From Promethearchaeota archaeon (GTDB lineage Archaea; Asgardarchaeota; Lokiarchaeia; Sigyniarchaeales; SOKP01), in NCBI GenBank assembly GCA_008080765.1, contig SHMU01000002.1, positions 1-56,551 on the forward strand: DNA of 56,551 nucleotides, in the 5' to 3' direction. This document shows, piece after piece, positions 36,207 through 43,955 of this stretch. Under the pieces are notes generated by a model. It was not told the DNA's origin. It did not search any database and saw only the letters and a program-made list of their open reading frames with translations. The translations under genes were made by a program, and so were the position numbers. Position 1 is the stretch's first letter, and each line of letters opens with the position of its first letter.

Positions 36207-37145
36207 TTATTCTTGTTTTGTTTTAAGTTTCCAAAGATCCGTTGCTAATTGTCTAATATAGTCAATATTTTCTAATTTTTCAATCCAAGATGTTGGAATA
36301 TCATCAATTCCTAAATATGCTCCTAATAATCCGCCCACCATTGCGCCAACGGTATCTCTATCTTTACTGATTAATACCGTATCCAATAATGTCTCACGAT
36401 AGGAATCTGGATTTCTAAAAAATGTATAAATAGCGAAAGGAACTGAAGTAAATGCGAGCACATTAGATCCTAAATCCTCTTCTGCCTTCTTTATATCTGT
36501 TTTGTTTTCACATAATTGAAAAATTCTGGATATTTTTTCTTTATATTCATCAGTATGAGCAAAATCTCTTAATTTAGTCAAGATATCCGTTCTTTCCTTT
36601 TCTATATCATTATTTTCAGGTTTTTTTAATACCAAAATTCCTAATAATTTCGCAAGAGTGGTAGCCCCATCAATTCCCAAGGGATGGGTATGGGTAGCGA
36701 CGGCAGATCTCTCTACGATATTGTATAAATCCTCTGTATCATAGTAAAAAATTCCCAAAGGTGTGATACGCATTGCCGCTCCATTTCCATAGGACCCTTC
36801 TCCTCCAAAGAGAGAGGTCGCAACCTCTTGATAATCTCTTTCTGAGCGCTCTACTATATTAAAGATGGTAGGGGGTCCCATGCCATACCCTCTGTAAGGC
36901 TCTCGGGAATAATTCGTATGAAATTGTTCTGCTAATTGCTTAGTTGTCCAATCATTTTTGGTGGAGATGATGGTTTCGGCGATTCCAATCGCCATGGCTG
37001 TATCGTCAGTGTATCGTAGGATATTCTGACTTTGGACGTGTTTCAAAAGCAGATCTTTCGTTCCAAATTGAAAGGCAAGCTCACCAATTGCATCTCCTAA
37101 GCTGCTTCCGATAAATGCCCCCAAAAATTTTTCCTTTAACTTCAT
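36207..37145 (-). CDS. ADP-ribosylglycohydrolase family protein (DraG/ARH-like)
   Basis: GAFIGSSLGDAIGE, YTDDTAMA, GNGAAMR, DRDTVGAMVGGLLGAYLG. Confidence 0.85.
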   Translation of the reverse strand: MKLKEKFLGAFIGSSLGDAIGELAFQFGTKDLLLKHVQSQNILRYTDDTAMAIGIAETIISTKNDWTTKQLAEQFHTNYSREPYRGYGMGPPTIFNIVERSERDYQEVATSLFGGEGSYGNGAAMRITPLGIFYYDTEDLYNIVERSAVATHTHPLGIDGATTLAKLLGILVLKKPENNDIEKERTDILTKLRDFAHTDEYKEKISRIFQLCENKTDIKKAEEDLGSNVLAFTSVPFAIYTFFRNPDSYRETLLDTVLISKDRDTVGAMVGGLLGAYLGIDDIPTSWIEKLENIDYIRQLATDLWKLKTKQE

Positions 37146-37347
37146 TTATTCCTCTCCATTTTCTCTTTATAAGAATAGAATATAAAGTATTCTCAGAAAT
37201 AAAAATACTTTGATGTGAGAGATCTTCAGAAAATTGCTCCCTTATATTATTTTTCTAATATTCATCATGAGAGAGCTGTAGATTTATCTTACCTTGAAAT
37301 TTTAAGGGGTATTAATTAAAAAAAATAATTATGGGTAATTTTTTCGA

Positions 37348-38580
37348 TTATTCTAAATAACGATTAATACCAGTAATCATTTCGACAACTAATTTAGCTT
37401 GCTGATCAATTAAAAAGGGGTCAATCAAATCGTAAGTATCTTTTTTTTGATGTGCATATTTACTTGCCTTTTTGGTAATGAAATTGATTGTTCTGAAGAA
37501 GCCTTCTTCTTGAAAGAGCATTCCATCACTATAACCCCCGATCCATAAATACCACCTTTTAAGTTTAATATCTAGTTTTTCTGCGGACTCTTCTATTAGC
37601 TGTATGAGAAAAGGATTAATCATTTCTTTGGGTACATAAAATGAATCTACCACTTCTAAAGGATTATTCTTTAGCCCTACCATATCAAAATTGATTATTA
37701 AGGTGTTTTCTGGAGATAATTCACTTCTGTATTTATTTAAAAATGCGGCAGCACCTTCTTGATCTATTTCTTCTGCCCCAGTTAATATGAACCATACTTC
37801 GATATGAGAAAAAGGAGACTCATTTAGATATTGAGCAGTTTTCCATACAGAGTATAATCCTGAAGCATTGTCAAGTGCTCCCGGTGATTCATTTGAGATA
37901 TAATTAGTGGCTAACGTAAAAAAAAATGAAACGGTTAACCAACCTACAATGAAGATATAAAGCTTTAATCCATAACTTACCATTTCTAAAATACCTCTTC
38001 TCTCAAGAATTATTACGGTTATATAAGCAAGCAAGGCAAAAAACACTACTATGAGGAATATAAGAGCAAAGTAAGCACGGATATAGGTAGAGAGATACTG
38101 AGATTTTGAGTCATGATGGGACAATAATACAACATTATATTTTTTTGTTTTAGTAGGTTTTAACCGATAAATAAGATTTGATTGAGTAAATGCCACTTTT
38201 GCTTCGGGATCTGCTTCTTTTTCTCTCCTGCGTAAGCATGGATTTTTTTTTAGGAATAAATTCCGTTCTTTTATAAAATACAGCATAATTAAAATCCCTA
38301 TAATAATCGTAAACCAAAAAAGAGATATTAAAAATAATAAAAATATAAGGGAAAGTAAGGAAAATCCATAAAAGAAATTGCTTAATTTAAAGGACTTATT
38401 GGATTTATGGACTGCAAACTCTTGCTCTAAAGAATCTACATTGAATTGAGCAAAGTCCTGCTTTAATCGCTTTACCACTTCAAAACTACCCTCTGAGCCT
38501 GCTAATCTAGGAATACACCATCTATTCATAAGGTATTCAAATTCATTAATATCACCTTTATATTCGTGAAATTCTTTCAT
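37348..38580 (-). CDS. Membrane-anchored M28-family metallopeptidase
   Basis: LLSHHDS, DNASGL, TGAEEIDQEGA, NFDMVG metal-ligand motifs with internal TM segments. Confidence 0.7.
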   Translation of the reverse strand: MKEFHEYKGDINEFEYLMNRWCIPRLAGSEGSFEVVKRLKQDFAQFNVDSLEQEFAVHKSNKSFKLSNFFYGFSLLSLIFLLFLISLFWFTIIIGILIMLYFIKERNLFLKKNPCLRRREKEADPEAKVAFTQSNLIYRLKPTKTKKYNVVLLSHHDSKSQYLSTYIRAYFALIFLIVVFFALLAYITVIILERRGILEMVSYGLKLYIFIVGWLTVSFFFTLATNYISNESPGALDNASGLYSVWKTAQYLNESPFSHIEVWFILTGAEEIDQEGAAAFLNKYRSELSPENTLIINFDMVGLKNNPLEVVDSFYVPKEMINPFLIQLIEESAEKLDIKLKRWYLWIGGYSDGMLFQEEGFFRTINFITKKASKYAHQKKDTYDLIDPFLIDQQAKLVVEMITGINRYLE

Positions 38581-38641
38581 AAATTTTTTCTATCGTTGCG
38601 CTCTTTTGAATTTTTAAAGATTTATTGAAATATTTTTTAAA

Positions 38642-39043
38642 CTACTCCTTTCTAAAGGAATAAGATCCGTGTAATCTCCTCCTTTGTTCAAGACCCTCTC
38701 TATTCATCGATAATTGCTCCAGCACCTCCGAATAAAGACTCTGAAGCCTTATATTATCTCTGAGGGCTTTAATTTCCGTAATTCCTATTTTAGATGTGGT
38801 CATCGTGAGGTTTTTCTCTTCTTGAAAGATTCTTATTCCTTCTTTTTTTAAAATAATGGAATTATTAAGGTTTTTTTCATGAGTGGTGCTACATTCGGTA
38901 CATTTCCACACGCGATCTGTTAATGTTAAGTTGTTGTTTATCCACCCGTAATTTGAACAAGTTTTAGATAATGTATCGAAGCAATCCACAAAAACGAGGT
39001 ATTTTCCTTCTCTTTTAACATTTACCACCTTATTCACGCTCAA
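38642..39043 (-). pseudogene. tnpB: tnpB remnant (last ~133 codons: zinc ribbon and C-terminus only)
   Basis: SKTCSNYGWINNNLTLTDRVWKCTECSTTHEKNLNNSI matches the TnpB zinc-finger/RuvC-III region, with DRD degraded to EKN. The N-terminal ~250-300 aa of a normal TnpB are absent. Confidence 0.75.
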
Positions 39044-39585
39044 TTGTACCTCCTGTTTTGGCTCTTAATGTAGTGTTTTAGCACATAAATGGATACATTA
39101 CATGTTGTGTCAATGAAATAACTTGGAGCCCAAAAATAGGCGATCCAGAATGTATATTTTAAGAAATTGTGAAATATTTTCCTCACAGAGCGTAAGGAAA
39201 GTCCCTTTAAGGCGTTGATATAGCTCGGTATGTTCAAGGCGGTCTTCTTAGACACCAAGCTGTGAATGTGATCCATTCCACATTCCATTTCTTTTATTTT
39301 CAACCCGTATTTCTCCGAAATGTCCTCGAATGTAGTTTTCGAGGAAGTGATGAGTTCATGATCCTCTACAAACATGTGTTGCCGGTATTTACCCACGAAG
39401 ACCAGAGGATAATGCAAGGAATATACTTTGTGGGCTTCTCTTGTATATTTCAAAATGTCATACTGAGTTTTTTTGGTATTTAAGAAGAAGTAATACCTCT
39501 TATTAAAGTTTGGGAGCGTGATGGTTTGATGAGAGATTGAGTGAAGAGTTTCATTCACGAAACTTTCGGGATTAGTTGAAATCAC
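39040..39585 (-). CDS. tnpA: IS200/IS605-family Y1 (HUH) transposase TnpA
   Basis: YPLVFVGKYRQ, HUH motif DHIHSLVS, FWAPSYF, and catalytic Tyr region LKHYIKSQ. The N-terminal ~40 aa may be an over-extension (GTG start). Confidence 0.8.
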   Translation of the reverse strand: MISTNPESFVNETLHSISHQTITLPNFNKRYYFFLNTKKTQYDILKYTREAHKVYSLHYPLVFVGKYRQHMFVEDHELITSSKTTFEDISEKYGLKIKEMECGMDHIHSLVSKKTALNIPSYINALKGLSLRSVRKIFHNFLKYTFWIAYFWAPSYFIDTTCNVSIYVLKHYIKSQNRRYN

Positions 39586-39864
39586 TTTTAAATACCTTGA
39601 ATTGAATGAAACGATTCATCATTACCTTGAAGGATATATCTTTTTTTCCGTGTAAAACTTGGATTTTGATTTAGCATTTGCTAGTTCAGATTCTTTATTT
39701 GGATCGATTTCTAAATCTTATAGGATTTAACCATTTGGAAGTAACTTTTTTCAGAGAATGCTTCCTCTTAGATACAACGAAAATTTTTATCCTTTGCCAG
39801 ATAATAATATGATATATTAGTATAGATCATATAATCATTTTACTAAAGATAAGCTAAAATAATA

Positions 39865-40941
39865 TTGAGCCATATGAAGAAAATCATTTCAATTACTAAA
39901 GGAGATGGCGTAGGACCCGAAGTCATTGATGAAGCACTAAAAATTTTACATATAATTGAAAAATACCGAGATTTTACATTCGACTTACAAGAAGCCCCCG
40001 CAGGAGGAGCGGTATGGAAAGAAACGGGAACAAACCTTCCCGAAAAATCATGGAATACAATAATCAATTCAGATGCCCTTCTTTTTGGCGCAATTGGATT
40101 GCCTGATCTTCCTCAAGGAATAGCTGAAAGTGCTATCCTAAAAATTAGACAAGGGCTTGATCTCTATGTAAATTTACGACCTATTAAGTTGTATGACCCC
40201 CTACGAGATCGATGCCCTCTCAAAGAGGAGTATATTGGAAAAGGAATTGACATTACCATTATTCGAGAAAACACTGAAGGATTATATGCAAATATTGGTG
40301 GAATTTTGAAAGACGAGGTTGCCATGAATTCCATGGTCTATACCCGAAATGGATGTGAACGTGTAATTCGTTATGCATTTGAAACTGCAAAATCTCGAAA
40401 GCATAAAAAAATAACTTCTGTCGATAAAGCAAACATTTTAAAACCCAGCCAATTATGGCGAAAAATTTTTGAGGAAATAGGTAAAAAATTTACAGATTTG
40501 GAACAAGAAAATATCTATGTGGATGCCTTTTGCCAATGGTTAATTAGAGCGCCCTATTCGTATGAAACAGTAGTGACGGGTAACCTTTTTGGTGATATTA
40601 TTAGTGATGAGGGTGCCTTTTTAATTGGAAGCTTAGGGATGGCTTCCAGTGGGAATATACATCCCGGAAAGGTTTCCATGTACGAGCCCATCCACGGGTC
40701 CGCCCCTGACATTGCCGGAAAAAATGTTGCCAATCCCATTGGAGCTATTTTGAGCGTCAAACTTATGATGGAAGAATCGTTTAAATCACCAGAATTAGCA
40801 CATTCGATTGAAAATGCTGTGGAAGATGCTCTTAAAGAAGGAAGAACAGTGGATATAAAAAGCAATGAATTACCCGTGCTCTCCACCAAAGAAATGGGAG
40901 ATCTCATCTGTAAAAAGATGCAATCATCTTTAAAAAAGTAA
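39865..40941 (+). CDS. Isopropylmalate/(homo)isocitrate/tartrate dehydrogenase-family enzyme (LeuB-like)
   Basis: GDGVGPEV, LLFGAIGLP, YVNLRP, IIRENTEGLY, SVDKANIL, GNLFGDIISDE, YEPIHGSAPDIAGKNVANP. The ATG at 39874 is the more likely start. Confidence 0.85.
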   Translation: MSHMKKIISITKGDGVGPEVIDEALKILHIIEKYRDFTFDLQEAPAGGAVWKETGTNLPEKSWNTIINSDALLFGAIGLPDLPQGIAESAILKIRQGLDLYVNLRPIKLYDPLRDRCPLKEEYIGKGIDITIIRENTEGLYANIGGILKDEVAMNSMVYTRNGCERVIRYAFETAKSRKHKKITSVDKANILKPSQLWRKIFEEIGKKFTDLEQENIYVDAFCQWLIRAPYSYETVVTGNLFGDIISDEGAFLIGSLGMASSGNIHPGKVSMYEPIHGSAPDIAGKNVANPIGAILSVKLMMEESFKSPELAHSIENAVEDALKEGRTVDIKSNELPVLSTKEMGDLICKKMQSSLKK

Positions 40942-41046
40942 ATAAAGAGGAATTTTCTCTTTTACATCTCTATTTTTTAATAATCATCTCTCATACCACC
41001 AAAGATAATAAAAGGATGGGAATAACATTAGAACTTAATAACTCTC

Positions 41047-42606
41047 TTAACTGATTGTATTGAGATAATTGAACATTACTTTCAACTGATCGAACAATTC
41101 GAACCTGTATTCCTCTCCAATCTTGAAGAACAATAATGAGATCATCTTTTTTTCCAAATAATTATTAACATCAAATTCTTCAAGCAGAGTAGACCAATCA
41201 CTATTTTCTGAAATTCTAATACCAATTAATGCCACCTTTTTATCATCTAAGGTGTTGATAATATCAATCACAATATCTTTCCATTCTGGTTTGATATGAT
41301 CTTGATTTCTTGCATCAAAGATACATAGTACCCCATCAGAGGTCGCCACATCCATAGAATCATAGGTATAATTCTTTAGAGTGATGCCCTTTTCGTATTC
41401 AAAGAGATGTTTATTTTTTTCTTGAACTTCATTTTGAATTTTAAATTCAGACAGGATTGAATTTAAGATTTGCAAGCCGGGATTCCAATATTGACTTTTC
41501 GTTATAAAGGTAATAGAGATAGTTCGATTTTTTTGGAGAATTTTTTCAATTTCCCTTAACACATCTTTTTTTAATCTTTCTTCTTCAAGATCTTTGCTTT
41601 TCATAATGTAATGATAAGAAATTAATCGGAAGGCATCTTTGACATTATCACCGGTTAAAGCGCTTGTTTCAATATACGAGACATTTGTTAACCCTTCTTC
41701 TGCCAATTTATTGGTGATTTCCACTCCTTCTTGATAAGAAACAACTCGCTCTCCTTCTAGATCTGACTTATTCCCAATGATTATAACAGGTAGTTCTTTG
41801 GATTGAAGTGCTGAATTGATTTGGTTGAACCAATCTACTACATTCTCAAAAGAGGGTTTGTTAGTTAAATCAAATACAATAAATGCCGCTTGTGAGCCAG
41901 CATAATAGGTTTGAAAGAATCTCTGGAAGAATCGCTGTCCTCCTATATCCCAAATCGAGAATTTCACCTCATTACCGAGAAAATCGATTGAATGTGAAAG
42001 TATATTCAATCCTATCGTTGCCCTATAATCCGTAGAAAATTTATTTTCTACAAATCGACGTACGATGCTGGTTTTTCCCACTTCATGATCTCCTACAATA
42101 ATAAATTTAAACCGATATTTTCCTCCCGTATCTAAATGCATCTCATAAATTTGATTATTAAGCCGATCAGCTCTCTTAACTTCATATTCAAAATTCGGGA
42201 TTTCCAACTGAATCATATCATCACTTTGTGCGTTTAGAATTTGGGAAATCTTTTCTGCCAGAAAATAACCATACGGTGAGACTTTATCGATGGATGCCAT
42301 CGGATCAATAACTAAGCTCACAGTCGCAAGCTTTCCAATGGAAATGAACAATAAACGGTGATTTTCCGTGTCAAAACTAGCTGTGCCAAACTGTTGAAAA
42401 GAAAATTCATCACGTATGCGTTCTAAAACGGGATTGATTACAGAAGTGAGGACAGATACAATCTCCATGTTAATTTCTTCCCGTTTTTCGCCAACAATTA
42501 CCAATCCATCCCTATCGGAAACAATTACCGCCTCAACGTCTTGATTGACATTGAAGAAATTATCGCAGAGATTTTTGAAAAGAAGTGAAATATTGCTACC
42601 ACTCAT
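41047..42606 (-). CDS. Roadblock/LC7 domain - Ras-superfamily small GTPase - degenerate C-terminal G-like domain fusion
   Basis: N-terminal VEAVIVSDRDGLVIVGEK (roadblock). G1 GDHEVGKTS, G2 YRATIG, G3 WDIGGQ, G4 NKSD, G5 ETSAL. The C-terminal ~190 aa has strand/helix periodicity but no P-loop. Confidence 0.8.
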   Translation of the reverse strand: MSGSNISLLFKNLCDNFFNVNQDVEAVIVSDRDGLVIVGEKREEINMEIVSVLTSVINPVLERIRDEFSFQQFGTASFDTENHRLLFISIGKLATVSLVIDPMASIDKVSPYGYFLAEKISQILNAQSDDMIQLEIPNFEYEVKRADRLNNQIYEMHLDTGGKYRFKFIIVGDHEVGKTSIVRRFVENKFSTDYRATIGLNILSHSIDFLGNEVKFSIWDIGGQRFFQRFFQTYYAGSQAAFIVFDLTNKPSFENVVDWFNQINSALQSKELPVIIIGNKSDLEGERVVSYQEGVEITNKLAEEGLTNVSYIETSALTGDNVKDAFRLISYHYIMKSKDLEEERLKKDVLREIEKILQKNRTISITFITKSQYWNPGLQILNSILSEFKIQNEVQEKNKHLFEYEKGITLKNYTYDSMDVATSDGVLCIFDARNQDHIKPEWKDIVIDIINTLDDKKVALIGIRISENSDWSTLLEEFDVNNYLEKKMISLLFFKIGEEYRFELFDQLKVMFNYLNTIS

Positions 42607-42858
42607 TTTTGAGATTCTCTCCAGTTTTTATAAATTTGATATGAATAAAGATTTATTCATTGAATAGTCAATGAAGATATTAATTTAATAAAGAAACTTG
42701 GTTTTTTAAAATCTATGCTTTTTTTTTTAAAAAATCCATATCTTACTTATATTTTACAATTTTTTGTTAAATTTTTTGTTAATTTTTTTATTAATAGATT
42801 TTCTTATTATATTTACAATATAAAACTATGAAATTACTACAAAAGAGTAAATGGAAAA

Positions 42859-43425
42859 GTGCCTAAATGTATAATATGTCATATGGAAATCGATAGTTTG
42901 TATGATCAATGTCCAAATGGTCATATGATTCACTCTGATTGCTTGTTAGAATGGTTTTCAAACTCGGATACTTGCCCTTTATGCAATACACCTTATAGTA
43001 AAGATGTGATTAAGAAATATAAAGATCAATTGGAATCAGCTGAAAGGCAAAAAGAACAAGAGCGTCAATTATTACAAGAAGAGTCTAATGTAGAAGCAAT
43101 CAAAGATATTGGTAAAAGAATGTTATATTTAAAATTAGTAGATTCAATCGATAACCATATCTCAAACCAAGAATATAAAGAAGCATTAGATCTTATTGAT
43201 GGCTTTAAACAAAGATTTGAAGATTATAATGAGAACGAGTTGATGTTTTTAACGGGAAAAATTAATTTTTTGAGGGGAAGACATGATATGGCAGTAAATT
43301 TTTTATTTAGGCTTGTAAAAAAGGATTTTGAATTTCCCGAAGCATTTTTATATCTGGGAAAAGCATATCAAGCATTAGGCTTACAAGATAAAGCGAAATG
43401 GGCCTTTGATCGGGTAAAAAAATAA
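42859..43425 (+). CDS. RING-H2 zinc-finger protein with coiled-coil and TPR-like C-terminus (candidate E3 ligase)
   Basis: C-x2-C-x10-C-x3-H-x2-H-x2-C-x10-C-x2-C read from CIICHMEIDSLYDQCPNGHMIHSDCLLEWFSNSDTCPLC. The C-terminus ends in AFLYLGKAYQALGLQDKA (TPR-like). Confidence 0.75.
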   Translation: MPKCIICHMEIDSLYDQCPNGHMIHSDCLLEWFSNSDTCPLCNTPYSKDVIKKYKDQLESAERQKEQERQLLQEESNVEAIKDIGKRMLYLKLVDSIDNHISNQEYKEALDLIDGFKQRFEDYNENELMFLTGKINFLRGRHDMAVNFLFRLVKKDFEFPEAFLYLGKAYQALGLQDKAKWAFDRVKK

Positions 43426-43559
43426 ACGGAACTATTGTAACTTCCAGATATGAAATAATTATCTTCGCCTTAATCTTAATAACCTTAAATAAATAACCTA
43501 ATTGTTTAGTACGAAATTCTTATTATTTCTAAAAATTAAGAGCGAATTATTTTATCATG

Positions 43560-43871
43560 ACTCCTCAAGAACACTCCACCTTTTAAGGTGGAGATGAATT
43601 GAGGTCTATTTTTTTTGGAACAAAAAAATCCGAAAACCATCGCACTTAAACTATTTAAATGATGATTTCTTCTTTTTAAGTAACAGAAGAACGATTCGAG
43701 AACCAAGAATCATTCCTCTGGTGTACCGTAGGGACTACGGGATGTTACGCCTTCGGAGATAATATGAGACTTCAGGGGCTCTATTCAGAGTTGTTGGAGC
43801 TGTTGTCGAGGAACAAGGAACTTCATCTTGCGAAAGATGAATCTCCACCATGAATGGTGGAGTAGTTCAAT
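43560..43871 (+). mobile_element. Miniature non-autonomous IS200/IS605 derivative (both end hairpins plus omega-RNA-coding tnpB 3' remnant, no ORF)
   Basis: Matching hairpins CTCCACC-TTTTAA-GGTGGAG (43574-43593) and CTCCACCA-TGAA-TGGTGGAG (43843-43862). Positions 43756-43871 align at about 80% by eye with the minus strand of 38760-38638, including the GGAGTAGTTCAAT vs GGAGTAGTTTAAA ends. In-frame stops are present. Confidence 0.65.
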
Positions 43872-43955
43872 AAAGAAAGGATTATTACTTTGATATTAAT
43901 AATATCAAAGTTTCTAATTCATTAAAATTTCATTTGGAATATTTTTTCACGTCTC

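Larger units (their letters stand above)
38636..39640 (-). mobile_element. IS200/IS605-family element: tnpA plus 5'-truncated tnpB; boundaries approximate
   Basis: tnpA and the tnpB remnant overlap by 4 nt. An RE-like hairpin TCCTT-TAGA-AAGGA plus GTAGTTTAA lies at about 38665-38638 on the minus strand. An imperfect palindrome flanked by TACCTTGAA direct repeats lies at about 39592-39633. Confidence 0.7.

Noticed and set aside
39262-40907. ORFs 39262..39483 (+), 39843..40067 (-) and 40554..40907 (-)
   Set aside because: They lie opposite tnpA and the LeuB-family gene respectively, both of which have strong family signatures.
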